From: Candidatus Omnitrophota bacterium
Lineage (GTDB): Bacteria > Omnitrophota > Gorgyraeia > Gygaellales > Profunditerraquicolaceae
Length of the DNA stretch: 64,000 bases
Reading direction: 5' to 3'
NCBI GenBank assembly: GCA_043809145.1
Contig: JAZDED010000012.1
Location: 3,994-67,993 of the forward strand
A program made the translations under genes and the position numbers. The notes below the pieces were generated by a model. The model was not told the DNA's origin. It did not search any database and saw nothing but the letters and a program-made list of their open reading frames with translations. This document shows, piece after piece, positions 19,116 to 28,544 of this stretch. The number at the start of each line of letters is the position of its first letter. Position 1 is the first letter of the stretch.

Positions 19116-19448
19116 CTACTGGCTGGTGGCGTTACTAGATGCGGTTAAATTTATCTTCAGTGAATGCATGAAATTAACCAAGAACAATTGGTTGTCATTA
19201 GATAAAACAATGCTTCTTTTTAACCGGCAAAAAAAAGTTTCGCTATTATTCTTACTACTCTTCTCCTTATATACATACATATAGGGTTGGGGAAGTTGGT
19301 TGTAAATTTTGTCTATCTCTCTGACCATGTAAACAAAATGACGATGTATTATATAATGAAAACCGTCTTTATCCAAGATTTCGGAACTGGATATTATTTT
19401 TCTTTTCTTGTTGTTTGAGGTCAGGTTTTTATATAAGATATCGCGCAT
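19116..19448 (-). CDS. hypothetical protein (110 aa, no recognisable domain)
   Basis: The ORF is preceded by a strong SD (AAAGGAGGG, 6 nt before the ATG). The sequence MRDILYKNLTSNNKKRKIISSSEILDKDGFHYIIHRHFVYMVREIDK... gives me no family match. Confidence 0.6.
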   Translation of the reverse strand: MRDILYKNLTSNNKKRKIISSSEILDKDGFHYIIHRHFVYMVREIDKIYNQLPQPYMYVYKEKSSKNNSETFFCRLKRSIVLSNDNQLFLVNFMHSLKINLTASSNATSQ

Positions 19449-19483
19449 CTTTTACCCTCCTTTCTATAATGCGTTTTAAAAAT

Positions 19484-19530
19484 TTGCCGGGTTACATAAG
19501 CCCTATTTTATGTGTCCTGTAACCCGGCAA
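19484..19530 (-). terminator. terminator-like hairpin (13-bp perfect stem) just upstream of the 110-aa gene SD
   Basis: ttgccgggttaca-21 nt-tgtaacccggcaa, followed on the minus strand by aTTTTTaaaa. It lies between the 19644..19672 promoter and the SD. Confidence 0.45.
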
Positions 19531-19643
19531 CCCCTATTGACGCCTCCTTTATTGGCTGGCGGGGATTAAATAATTTTTTAAACTCTTTAGAAATAGCCCA
19601 AAAAAAATAGGCTACCTTTTTAGCTGGTTTACCTTCTTAATTA

Positions 19644-19672
19644 AGTATAAAATGCAAAATCATACTTTTCAA
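19644..19672 (-). promoter_or_regulatory. sigma70-type promoter (TTGAAA-17-TATACT) upstream of the 110-aa gene leader
   Basis: The reverse complement reads atcTTGAAAagtatgattttgcatttTATACTtaattaag. Confidence 0.5.
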
Positions 19673-19701
19673 GATAATCTTATCTTTTTTTGAAACCGTT
19701 T

Positions 19702-20349
19702 TCAGGAGGAATTTTTTGGTTTAGTTTTGAGAAGCGGCTTTTCTTCTCCTCGGAAGAAACGCATGAGGTTGGATTTGTGGCGGACAATGATAAAGATGCA
19801 TAAAATGATGCTGGTGAGGATTAGAATCTGGGATTGCTTGAAAAAGAAAACATAGAGCGGCAAGGTAATTGCGCTAATTATTGAGGCGATTGACACTATA
19901 CCAAGAATAAAGAATACCAGGAACCAGCTAAAAGTTACCAGGGCCAGAATAAGCTTTAATGAAGGTATATGTACTGCCAGGGCGATTAATACTCCCAGAG
20001 TAGTGGCGATGCCTTTACCTCCTTTAAATTTTAAGAATACCGGCCAGTTGTGCCCACAGATGCAGCATATTCCCGCTATTAAGAGAATGGTTTCATTACT
20101 CATAAGATAAATCTGAGGGGCTATATAAATTGCTATAAGAAAAACAGGTAAAAAACCCTTAAGAATATCTAATAAGAGTACAAGAAATCCAACTTTTTTA
20201 CCAAGGGTTCTCAAGGCATTGGTTGCGCCGACATTTCCCGAGCCGTGCTTTCTTATGTCTATCCCTTTAAGCAGGCGGCCGAAGATATAGGCAGTAGGGA
20301 TGGAACCAGCCAGGTAGCTAATGGTTGCTGCGATTATTATCCAGAGCAT
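19702..20349 (-). CDS. plsY: glycerol-3-phosphate acyltransferase PlsY
   Basis: 215 aa, polytopic membrane protein with the motif GSGNVGATNALR. Confidence 0.92.
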   Translation of the reverse strand: MLWIIIAATISYLAGSIPTAYIFGRLLKGIDIRKHGSGNVGATNALRTLGKKVGFLVLLLDILKGFLPVFLIAIYIAPQIYLMSNETILLIAGICCICGHNWPVFLKFKGGKGIATTLGVLIALAVHIPSLKLILALVTFSWFLVFFILGIVSIASIISAITLPLYVFFFKQSQILILTSIILCIFIIVRHKSNLMRFFRGEEKPLLKTKPKNSS

Positions 20350-20908
20350 AGAGTATTTTAAAACCTCTCATAATATAATCAATTCCCGAAATAACAGTAA
20401 ATATCACCGCGAGCCACCAGAGAATAAAGCTGAAATTAATCTGCAGCAATACGCTAGTCACCGCGCTCATCTGGAAGACGGTGGTAAGTTTTCCCCACTT
20501 GGTAGGACGGATATTGATGTCTTGTTTGACAATAAAGATTACTACTGCGCCCAGGAGGATAAGCACATCCCGGCTGATAACCACTAAAACCACCCAGAGC
20601 GGAAAATGCAGAGGAAACTTATCAAAAGAAAGCAGAATGAACGCGCTCATCAAAAGTAATTTGTCTCCTAATGGATCAAGTATTAATCCTGCCTGGGATT
20701 GTTGTTTGGATTTACGGGCAATATAACCATCAATGGCATCTGAGAGTACCGCCAGGATGAAAATACTTACAGCCACAAGAAGCAGGAACTTCTTGCCCGG
20801 AGTGTAATAGATCAGACATGAGATGAAAAAAGGAACTGTTAATATTCGGAATAAAGAGATTTTATTGGCAAAATTCATCTGATTATCCTTATTCTTGTAG
20901 GTGGCCAA
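20318..20908 (-). CDS. pgsA: CDP-diacylglycerol--glycerol-3-phosphate 3-phosphatidyltransferase (CDP-alcohol phosphatidyltransferase family)
   Basis: Carries the CDP-OH-P motif DAIDGYIARK...GLILDPLGDKLL and is a multi-TM protein. Confidence 0.85.
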   Translation of the reverse strand: MATYKNKDNQMNFANKISLFRILTVPFFISCLIYYTPGKKFLLLVAVSIFILAVLSDAIDGYIARKSKQQSQAGLILDPLGDKLLLMSAFILLSFDKFPLHFPLWVVLVVISRDVLILLGAVVIFIVKQDINIRPTKWGKLTTVFQMSAVTSVLLQINFSFILWWLAVIFTVISGIDYIMRGFKILYALDNNRSNH

Positions 20909-21474
20909 TAGATAAGAATTGCTTCTCCCACCAGTTTGGATTTAGGCACAAATCCCCAGAAACGGCTGTCTAGCGACGAGGCAGAGTTATCTCCGAGCAC
21001 AAAATAACTATCCTGGGGAACAGTTATTGACGCATCTTCTCTTGCGTAATCACCGCGGTTGTAATAGTAGCGCTGATTAAATAAGGGGTCAAGTAAGGGT
21101 TTGTTATTGATGTAAATTGTGCCTTTGTGAATTTGCACAGTCTCGCCAGGCAGCCCGATAAGCCTTTTAATAAAATGTTTGTTTGGCTCCTGAGGTGCAA
21201 AAAATACAATTATGTCCCCTCTTTTGGGCTTGCGTACCGCAGGCAGGCCGAGTTTAGTAAAGGGCACTTTGGCGCCGTAAATAAATTTATTAACCAGTAT
21301 TACGTCTCCTTCAACCAGGGTCGGCCGCATTGAGCCGGTGGGAATCTTAAAAGGTTGAACGATAAAGGTTCTGACTATTGAGGCCAAAAGTAAAGCAAAG
21401 ATGATTGATTCGGCCCAGTCGCGGACTATTGTTTTTAATTTGTTTTTTTTGTTTGTCAAGCGGCGGCTACTCAT
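20875..21474 (-). CDS. lepB: signal peptidase I
   Basis: S26 family boxes are present: GSMRPTL (Ser), KRLIGLPGE (Lys) and GDNSASSLDSR. Confidence 0.93.
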   Translation of the reverse strand: MSSRRLTNKKNKLKTIVRDWAESIIFALLLASIVRTFIVQPFKIPTGSMRPTLVEGDVILVNKFIYGAKVPFTKLGLPAVRKPKRGDIIVFFAPQEPNKHFIKRLIGLPGETVQIHKGTIYINNKPLLDPLFNQRYYYNRGDYAREDASITVPQDSYFVLGDNSASSLDSRFWGFVPKSKLVGEAILIYWPPTRIRIIR

Positions 21475-23267
21475 AGTTTTAAAATCTCCAAAAATGCCTC
21501 TTGTGGGATCTCCACTTTTCCAAATTGCTTTAGGCGTTTCTTACCTTTTTTCTGCTCCTCCCAGAGTTTACGCTTACGGGTGATGTCTCCACCGTAACAT
21601 TTGCTGGTGACGTTTTTTCCCACGGGCCTGACTCGTTCTGAAGCCAGTATCTGGTTTCCAATTGCAGCCTGGATTCTTACTTCGAATAACTGCCTGGGGA
21701 TAAGATCCCGTAATTTATTGACTATGGAATATGCTTTTGTGTGAGTTTTTTCTTTTGGCAGCAGAAACGAAAAGGCGTCACAGACTACGCCGTTAATCAG
21801 GATATCCAGTTTGACCAGGTTTACGGGAAGATATTCCTTGAATTCATAGTCAATAGAGCCATACCCTCGGGTTATAGACTTAAGTTTGTCATAGAAATCT
21901 ACGATTATCTCTGAAAGTGGTATGCTGAATAGTAATTCAACACGATTGATGCCCAAGTGTTTTTTAGAGCTATAATTACCCCGGCGAGACTTGGTCATTT
22001 CGCAGACAGTGTCAATGCAATCCATAGGGATAATCATGAGCAGGTTAACGTACGGCTCAAGGTATTCTAATGTATCCAGAGAGGAAGAGAATTTTGCCGG
22101 TGTGTCAATTTCCATAATTTCATCATTTTCACCCTTGGCTTTATAAACAACATTAGGCACAGTAAGGATTAGGTTGAGGTTATATTCTCTTTCCAGGCGT
22201 TCTTGAACAATCTCCATATGTAAAAGGCCCAGGAATCCGCATCTGAATCCTGTGCCAAAGGACTGGCTGTGCTCCGGTTCAAAAACAAATGAGGCATCGG
22301 ATAATTTTAGTTTATCCATAGCGTCGCGAAGGTTTGGGAAATCACCCGGGTTGACAGGATATATGCCGCAGAATACCAGGGGTTTGGGCTGCTTGTATCC
22401 TGGCAGGGCCTTTTCACAGGGGTTCTTTGGGTTGGTTAGGGTGTCTCCGATAATGATCTCTCTGGGTTCGCGGATATTCGCAGTAAGGTAGCCCACCTCT
22501 CCGCAGGTCAATGTATTTACTTCAGAATATTTGAGGTCTTTAAATACGCCCAACTCTTCTATTTTGTATGTTTTACCGGAATGCAGTAATTTTATTTCGG
22601 AGCGGGAATTAATTTGCCCATCCATTATTCTGATGAAAACCACCACTCCTTTATAGGCATCGAAACGGCAGTCAAAAACCAGGGCTTTTAAAGGATGTTC
22701 GGCTTCACCAGGTGGCGGGGGTATAACTTCAATTATTTTTTCCAGGATATCAATTATTCCCGTTCCTTCTTTTGCTGAAGCCAGGATTATCTCCTCTTCT
22801 TTGAATCCTAATAGCCCGGTAATTTGCTCTTTGACGTTATTGATATCCACCGAGGCTAAATCTACTTTATTTACTATCGGTATAATCGCCAGGTTGTTTT
22901 CTAAGGCCAGGTAATAATTTGCTACTGTCTGGGCTTCTATGCCTTGGGCGGCGTCAACTAAAAGCAGCGCCCCTTCGCAGGCAGCCAGTGATTTTGATAC
23001 CTCATAGGAAAAGTCTACATGTCCAGGTGTATCAATAAGATTAAAAATATAGACCCTTGAGTCCTTGGCTTTATAATCTATCCTAACTGTTGAGGCTTTA
23101 ATGGTTATACCGCGCTCCCTTTCCAGATCCATATCGTCAAGCATCTGGTTTTTCATATGCCTGAGGTCTATAGTTTTTGAAAGTTCCAGAATTCTATCGG
23201 CAAGAGTAGATTTTCCGTGGTCGATATGGGCAATAATGCTGAAATTACGAATAAGAGATTTATCCAC
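21471..23267 (-). CDS. lepA: translation elongation factor 4 (LepA)
   Basis: 598 aa with G-motifs AHIDHGKST, DTPGHVDF and NKVD. The LepA C-terminal domain and lepA-lepB order are both present. Confidence 0.96.
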   Translation of the reverse strand: MDKSLIRNFSIIAHIDHGKSTLADRILELSKTIDLRHMKNQMLDDMDLERERGITIKASTVRIDYKAKDSRVYIFNLIDTPGHVDFSYEVSKSLAACEGALLLVDAAQGIEAQTVANYYLALENNLAIIPIVNKVDLASVDINNVKEQITGLLGFKEEEIILASAKEGTGIIDILEKIIEVIPPPPGEAEHPLKALVFDCRFDAYKGVVVFIRIMDGQINSRSEIKLLHSGKTYKIEELGVFKDLKYSEVNTLTCGEVGYLTANIREPREIIIGDTLTNPKNPCEKALPGYKQPKPLVFCGIYPVNPGDFPNLRDAMDKLKLSDASFVFEPEHSQSFGTGFRCGFLGLLHMEIVQERLEREYNLNLILTVPNVVYKAKGENDEIMEIDTPAKFSSSLDTLEYLEPYVNLLMIIPMDCIDTVCEMTKSRRGNYSSKKHLGINRVELLFSIPLSEIIVDFYDKLKSITRGYGSIDYEFKEYLPVNLVKLDILINGVVCDAFSFLLPKEKTHTKAYSIVNKLRDLIPRQLFEVRIQAAIGNQILASERVRPVGKNVTSKCYGGDITRKRKLWEEQKKGKKRLKQFGKVEIPQEAFLEILKL

Positions 23268-23928
23268 TTTTTTTAATATAACTAAGAATCCTGGCTACGA
23301 CCTGTTCAATGTTAAGTTTTGTGGTATCAATGAATATTGCATCATCAGCTTTTTTTAAAGGAGCAATCTTGCGGGTGGAGTCAATTCGGTCGCGGTTTCT
23401 TAGATCTTGGGCTACGCTTTTAAAAGATACGCTGTCGTTATCACGGACAGATCTTAATTCCTCGAATCTTCGTCTGACTCGTTCATTAAAGTTAGCATCC
23501 AAAAAGAATTTTCTCTCTGCTTTGGGAAATACCACTGTGCCGATATCTCTTCCTTCTAAGACGCAATCTTTTCTATGTCCCAACGCTCTTTGTAATTTTA
23601 ACATCAATTTTCTTACTCCGCTTATTTTAGCTATATCTGAGACAAAGCGTGTAACTATGGGCTTACGGATTTCCTGCGAGATGTTTTTGCCGTCGAGTAT
23701 AACCTTTAATCTACCGTTTTTCTTGTAGTCTAACGTGATCCGGCTTTTTCTGGTAAGCTCAACCATTTTTTTAGCATTACGAATATCGGCCTTATACATT
23801 AAGGCCTTAATGGTGATCGCCCGGTACATTGCCCCGGTATCAATATAAATGAATCCTAACTTATTGGCTACTAGTTTGGCAACAGTGCTTTTTCCTGAAC
23901 CAGCAGGCCCGTCAATAGCAATAATCAT
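23260..23928 (-). CDS. cmk: cytidylate kinase
   Basis: 222 aa with P-loop IAIDGPAGSGKST. Confidence 0.93.
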   Translation of the reverse strand: MIIAIDGPAGSGKSTVAKLVANKLGFIYIDTGAMYRAITIKALMYKADIRNAKKMVELTRKSRITLDYKKNGRLKVILDGKNISQEIRKPIVTRFVSDIAKISGVRKLMLKLQRALGHRKDCVLEGRDIGTVVFPKAERKFFLDANFNERVRRRFEELRSVRDNDSVSFKSVAQDLRNRDRIDSTRKIAPLKKADDAIFIDTTKLNIEQVVARILSYIKKSG

Positions 23929-24757
23929 TCAAGCTTCTTCTTTTTTTTTGTGCCTGGATTAGTATGTGGTTAAGAGAAACGTGTTTATTGGCCAGTATAG
24001 CTTTTTTAAGGTTTGCAAGCTTATTTTCAAATATAGTAATAGCTGGTAATAGATTTTTTCTATTAGTTAAAAATATATCATTCCAGAGCAGGCTATCGGA
24101 AGCGGCTATTCTGGTTGTATCCTTAAAACTGCCTGCGCAAAATTTAAAGTATTTTTTGGGCACACTATTGATAAGCGAAAAGGAGATAGCGTGCGGAAGG
24201 TGGCTGACTGAGGCCAGTATTCTGTCATGGGTTGCGGGAGATAAATACGATATCTTTGTTCCAATTTGCTTCCAAAAGTCAGCTATCCTTATTAATGCTT
24301 GTTTGGAGGTTTTTTTTGTTGGGGTGAGGATGCAAAGTGAACCGGTAAATATATCCTGGTTGTAGTTGCCTACTCCTCTTTTTTCAGAGCCGGCTAAAGG
24401 GTGGCTACCAATAAACAAGGGGAATTCATTTTCCAGTTTTTTTACGATTTCAAGTTTAGTGCTTCCTACATCTGTAACAATGCAGCCGGGTTTGATAATT
24501 TTGGAAATATTTTCCGAAAGATGGATAATGGTTTTGACCGGAGTAGCCAAAATAACCAAGTCGCAGGATTTAAGAATACCAGGGTCTGTAGACCCGTTAT
24601 CTATTATGCCGTGGCTCTTAGCATAACGGATAGTTTCCTGTTTCCGGCTTAAACCAAGCACCTTGGCAGCGATATGGCCCGTTTTTACTCTTTTTGCTAG
24701 AGAACTGCCGATTAAGCCTAAGCCGACAACACCGATAGTATTGAATGGTTTTTTCAT
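23912..24757 (-). CDS. tyrA: prephenate (arogenate) dehydrogenase
   Basis: 281 aa with an N-terminal Rossmann fold (GVVGLGLIGSSLA) and the PDH family pattern HPLAG..., in an aromatic amino-acid gene context. Confidence 0.85.
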   Translation of the reverse strand: MKKPFNTIGVVGLGLIGSSLAKRVKTGHIAAKVLGLSRKQETIRYAKSHGIIDNGSTDPGILKSCDLVILATPVKTIIHLSENISKIIKPGCIVTDVGSTKLEIVKKLENEFPLFIGSHPLAGSEKRGVGNYNQDIFTGSLCILTPTKKTSKQALIRIADFWKQIGTKISYLSPATHDRILASVSHLPHAISFSLINSVPKKYFKFCAGSFKDTTRIAASDSLLWNDIFLTNRKNLLPAITIFENKLANLKKAILANKHVSLNHILIQAQKKRRSLNDYCY

Positions 24758-24761
24758 CGTG

Positions 24762-25778
24762 TTAAAGCTCCCTGCCCATAGCCTTAGCTAATACCTTTAA
24801 TTCCTGCATGAGTATATTGAAGTTTGTCGGTAATAGAGATTGCGCTCCGTCAGAGAGCGCGTTCTCCGGGTCGTTGTGTACCTCAATAATTAATCCATCG
24901 GCTCCGGCAGCCAGGGCTGCTCTGGATAACGCCGGTACGAGACTCCATTTACCTGCTGCATGGCTGGGATCGACAATTATTGGTAAGTGCGAAAGTTGTT
25001 TTACGCAAGGGACGGCACTTATATCCAGCGTATTACGAGTATAGTCTTCGAAAGTTCTTATTCCGCGTTCGCAGAGAATAACGTTATAATTTCCCTCTGA
25101 TAATATATATTCGGCGGACATGAGCAATTCTTTAATAGTCGAAGACAATCCACGTTTCAATATAACCGGTTTTTTGGTCATTCCGACTTCTTTCAGCAGG
25201 TTGAAATTTTGCATATTCCTGGCGCCGATCTGCAGGACATCAGCGTATTTAGCCACTAATTCTATATCTCGCGTATCCATAACCTCAGTTACGGTAGCCA
25301 TTTTTAAATCTTGGCCGACCTGATGTAGATATTTCAGGCCCTCTTCGCCAAGTCCCTGGAAACTATAAGGTGAACTGCGAGGTTTAAATGCTCCTCCGCG
25401 TAAGACTGTTGCTCCTGCTTTTTGCACTTCTCGTGCAGTCTGATAAAGGATGTCATGGTTTTCAATAGCGCAAGGCCCGGCAATAACCGTTATCTTCTTT
25501 GCCCCAATACGCACATCTTTACTTATTTCGATTACCGAAGGCCCTTTTTTGAATTCCCGTGAAACCAGCTTAAAAGGAGATAATACCGGCATGACCTTTT
25601 CTACGCCGCTAAAGGCCTCTAGTGGCGTAACCCTTAATACATCTTCTGGTCCGATTACTCCGATAATGCTGCGTTCGGTACCTTTGGAGACGTGGGTTTT
25701 TAGGCCGAGCTTCTGAACCTTCTCAATAATATGATTGATCTGTTCTTGTGTAGCATCCGGACGTAAAACAATAATCAT
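24762..25778 (-). CDS. aroF: 3-deoxy-7-phosphoheptulonate (DAHP) synthase, type I-beta with N-terminal regulatory domain
   Basis: 338 aa. The N-terminal ~70-aa ferredoxin-like domain (MIIVLRPDATQEQINHIIEKV...) followed by a KDO8P/DAHPS TIM barrel resembles the Thermotoga type. Confidence 0.85.
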   Translation of the reverse strand: MIIVLRPDATQEQINHIIEKVQKLGLKTHVSKGTERSIIGVIGPEDVLRVTPLEAFSGVEKVMPVLSPFKLVSREFKKGPSVIEISKDVRIGAKKITVIAGPCAIENHDILYQTAREVQKAGATVLRGGAFKPRSSPYSFQGLGEEGLKYLHQVGQDLKMATVTEVMDTRDIELVAKYADVLQIGARNMQNFNLLKEVGMTKKPVILKRGLSSTIKELLMSAEYILSEGNYNVILCERGIRTFEDYTRNTLDISAVPCVKQLSHLPIIVDPSHAAGKWSLVPALSRAALAAGADGLIIEVHNDPENALSDGAQSLLPTNFNILMQELKVLAKAMGREL

Positions 25779-26879
25779 TTAGTTGATCCTTTTTTGATTC
25801 ATGATAACTTCTTTTAAGGCTGAAATAAAACTCTTATTTTCTTCGCCTGTTCCAATAGTCACGCGGATAAAAGTATCCAGGCCATACTGTTTCATATCCC
25901 TGACGATAATCCCCTTTTTTAATAGTTGCTTAAAAACAAGGAAGCAGTCTAATCTGGTGTCTACGAGTATAAAGTTGGCTACGGAAGGAATATATGTAAC
26001 CGGTATCTTGGCTAATTCGCGATACAGGTATTTTTTACCGGTTAGATTATTTTTTTTAGTTTTACTCAGGAATATTCTATCATCAAGAGCGCTGACACTA
26101 GCTGCCTGAGCAAGGGAGTTTAAATTAAAGGGCTGCCTGACCTTCTCCATATATTGGGTAAGCTCAGGTTTTGCCACAGCAAATCCGATGCGTAATCCTG
26201 CCAGGCCAAAGGCTTTAGAGAATGTTTTTAACACGATAATATTTTTATTTCTTATCCATTCTACGCTTTTAGGAAAATCATTTACATCAATAAAAGTATC
26301 ATAGGCTTCATCTAGAACAGTAATCGTATGCGCCGGGAGGCTTTTAATAAAATTAATCAGCTCCTTTTTATTCACATAGGTTCCCGTGGGATTATTGGGA
26401 TTAGCGATAAAGATAAGTTTGGTTTTATTATTCACCCGTTTTCTTATTTTCTCCAGGTCATAAGTAAAATCTTTAAGCGGGACTTCATGGATCCTGCGGC
26501 CGTTAACCTTGGAAATAATGCGGTATTCAAGAAAGGTTGTGTTTGCGGTTAGGATCGTTTCGTTATTCTCGACAAAGGTTTTAATAATTACATCAATAAG
26601 TTCATCTGAGCCATTTCCCAGGACAAAGTTATTGGGGGAAAGCTTGAATTCTTGAGCCAGCCTTCTTTTTAAATAAAAACTCTGGCTATCCGGATAACGG
26701 TTAATTTCTCTTAATGCTTTTTGTATGGCTTTAATTGCCTTAGGTGATACACCCAGTGGGTTTTCATTGGAAGCCAGTTTGTATACTTTTTCAAGCCCTA
26801 ATTCTCTCTGGGTTTCAGGAATAGGCTTTCCGGCTACATAAGCAGCAAGATTCTTAAGGTCTCTTCTGACAAGATTCAT
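25779..26879 (-). CDS. hisC: histidinol-phosphate/aromatic aminotransferase
   Basis: 366 aa, class II aminotransferase with PLP-lysine context TFSKAFGLAGLRIG. It lies between pheA and the DAHP synthase gene. Confidence 0.85.
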   Translation of the reverse strand: MNLVRRDLKNLAAYVAGKPIPETQRELGLEKVYKLASNENPLGVSPKAIKAIQKALREINRYPDSQSFYLKRRLAQEFKLSPNNFVLGNGSDELIDVIIKTFVENNETILTANTTFLEYRIISKVNGRRIHEVPLKDFTYDLEKIRKRVNNKTKLIFIANPNNPTGTYVNKKELINFIKSLPAHTITVLDEAYDTFIDVNDFPKSVEWIRNKNIIVLKTFSKAFGLAGLRIGFAVAKPELTQYMEKVRQPFNLNSLAQAASVSALDDRIFLSKTKKNNLTGKKYLYRELAKIPVTYIPSVANFILVDTRLDCFLVFKQLLKKGIIVRDMKQYGLDTFIRVTIGTGEENKSFISALKEVIMNQKRIN

Positions 26880-26880
26880 T

Positions 26881-27951
26881 TTATTCTCCGACGGGATAAG
26901 AGCCCAGCACTTTCATGTACTTAGCTTTACTATCCAGCTCCTCAAGCGCCTTTTTAATCAGCGGGCTGTCTTTATGGCCCTCCAGGTCAACAAAGAAATA
27001 ATAATCCCAGGCTTTTTTCTTTGAAGGCCGGGATTCTATTTTAGTCAAATTAATACGGTATTTTTTAAAACAGGTCAACATATCATAGAGGGCGCCTACT
27101 TTATCTTTAATAGAAAAAAGTATGGAGGTGCGGTCTCTATTGGTTTTTCCGGTATATGTCTTTCCAATAACCAGGAATCTGGTTCGATTATGTGGTGAAT
27201 CTTCAATGCTGCGCGCTAGCGACTTTAGTTTATATATTTTTGCTGCTAACAGTGAGGCAATACAGGCGCTCTTTTTGGTGTTGGCTGCGATCTGGGCGGC
27301 ATGTGTGGTGCTTGAGACTTCTATTAGTTCGGCCTTGGGTAAATTATTTTGTAACCATATTCTGCATTGGCCAAAAACCTGGGGATTAGAATAGATACGC
27401 TTAATTTCGTTTAACGGGCATTTTGCCAGTAGGTTATGTGCAATGTCTTGGATAATTTGAGCGCAAACCTTAAGGTCTGAATCCACAAACATATCCAGGG
27501 TATGACTGACTGCGCCTTCTACAGAATTTTCAATGGGCACAACTCCGTAATCGGCATTATTTTTCTCAACCTCTAGAAATACGTCGGCAATGCCATTACA
27601 TGGTATATACTCGAGTTGGGAGCCAAATTTTTTAAGAGCTGCCAGATGTGTAAAAGTAGCTTGTGGCCCAAGATAAGCGATCTTAAGCCCTTTTTCCAGT
27701 AAGAGGCTACCGGACATGATCTCCCGGTAAATAGATTCTACTGCTGCATAGCTAAGCGGGCCGCGGGTCATAAGCGCGGCTTTTTTTAATACTTGGCTTT
27801 CACGGTCCGGACAATAAATGTTTTTGCCTGCTTTTTTCTTAATTTTTCCGATATCAACAGTTACAGAAGCCCGTTTGTTTAACAGCCCGACAATCTTTTT
27901 GTCTAAAGAATCAATTTTACTGCGAAGTTTGTGTAATTCCATTTTGCACAT
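26881..27951 (-). CDS. pheA: bifunctional chorismate mutase / prephenate dehydratase (P-protein)
   Basis: 356 aa with an N-terminal CM helix (LRSKIDSLDKKIVGLLNKR), a PDT domain, and a C-terminal ACT domain containing ESRPS. Confidence 0.9.
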   Translation of the reverse strand: MCKMELHKLRSKIDSLDKKIVGLLNKRASVTVDIGKIKKKAGKNIYCPDRESQVLKKAALMTRGPLSYAAVESIYREIMSGSLLLEKGLKIAYLGPQATFTHLAALKKFGSQLEYIPCNGIADVFLEVEKNNADYGVVPIENSVEGAVSHTLDMFVDSDLKVCAQIIQDIAHNLLAKCPLNEIKRIYSNPQVFGQCRIWLQNNLPKAELIEVSSTTHAAQIAANTKKSACIASLLAAKIYKLKSLARSIEDSPHNRTRFLVIGKTYTGKTNRDRTSILFSIKDKVGALYDMLTCFKKYRINLTKIESRPSKKKAWDYYFFVDLEGHKDSPLIKKALEELDSKAKYMKVLGSYPVGE

Positions 27952-28543
27952 CCTTTTCTAAAGCCTTCGGCAAGGCATTATTAGCCGGTGTGTTTACATC
28001 CGTTGCCTGGTTAATCGCTGGATCCGTTAAATCCTTGGTTTTAGGCAAGTCATCAAGTGATTTGAGGCCGAAGTGCTCGAGAAACTCCCGTGTAGTTGCA
28101 TATAATTTAGGCCTCCCCGGAGCTTTTTTTCTTCCGGCTATTCTGATCATGTTTTTTTCCAGCAGGCTGGATACAACTCCATCTACGTTTACTTTGCGTA
28201 AAGCTTCTATTTCAAGTTTAGTTACCGGTTGTTTATAAGCGATAATGGCTAGAGTCTCCAGCGAGGGTTGAGATATTTTCTCGCCTTGCCCCGGAGTTTT
28301 ATACAATTTTCTTATAAAACTCGCAAAGCCGGGAGAACAAATCATCTGGAATCCTCCGGCTATCTCTAGAAGTCTAATCCCGCGGTTATTCTGCTCGTAT
28401 TCGGCCTGTAATTCAGTTAAGGCTGATTTTATTTGTGCGCTATCCAAATTATCCAAGGCTTTACGCATCTGTTCGAGAGTTAATGGTTTGTCACTTGAAA
28501 AAAGAAGCGCTTCGATTGCAGCTTTAATGTTATCGCTAGCCAT
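27917..28543 (-). CDS. scpB: segregation and condensation protein B
   Basis: 208 aa with the ScpB winged-helix pattern (IEALLFSSDKPLTLEQM..., AIIAYKQPVTKLEIEALR). Confidence 0.88.
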   Translation of the reverse strand: MASDNIKAAIEALLFSSDKPLTLEQMRKALDNLDSAQIKSALTELQAEYEQNNRGIRLLEIAGGFQMICSPGFASFIRKLYKTPGQGEKISQPSLETLAIIAYKQPVTKLEIEALRKVNVDGVVSSLLEKNMIRIAGRKKAPGRPKLYATTREFLEHFGLKSLDDLPKTKDLTDPAINQATDVNTPANNALPKALEKDVQNGITQTSQ

Positions 28544-28544
28544 G

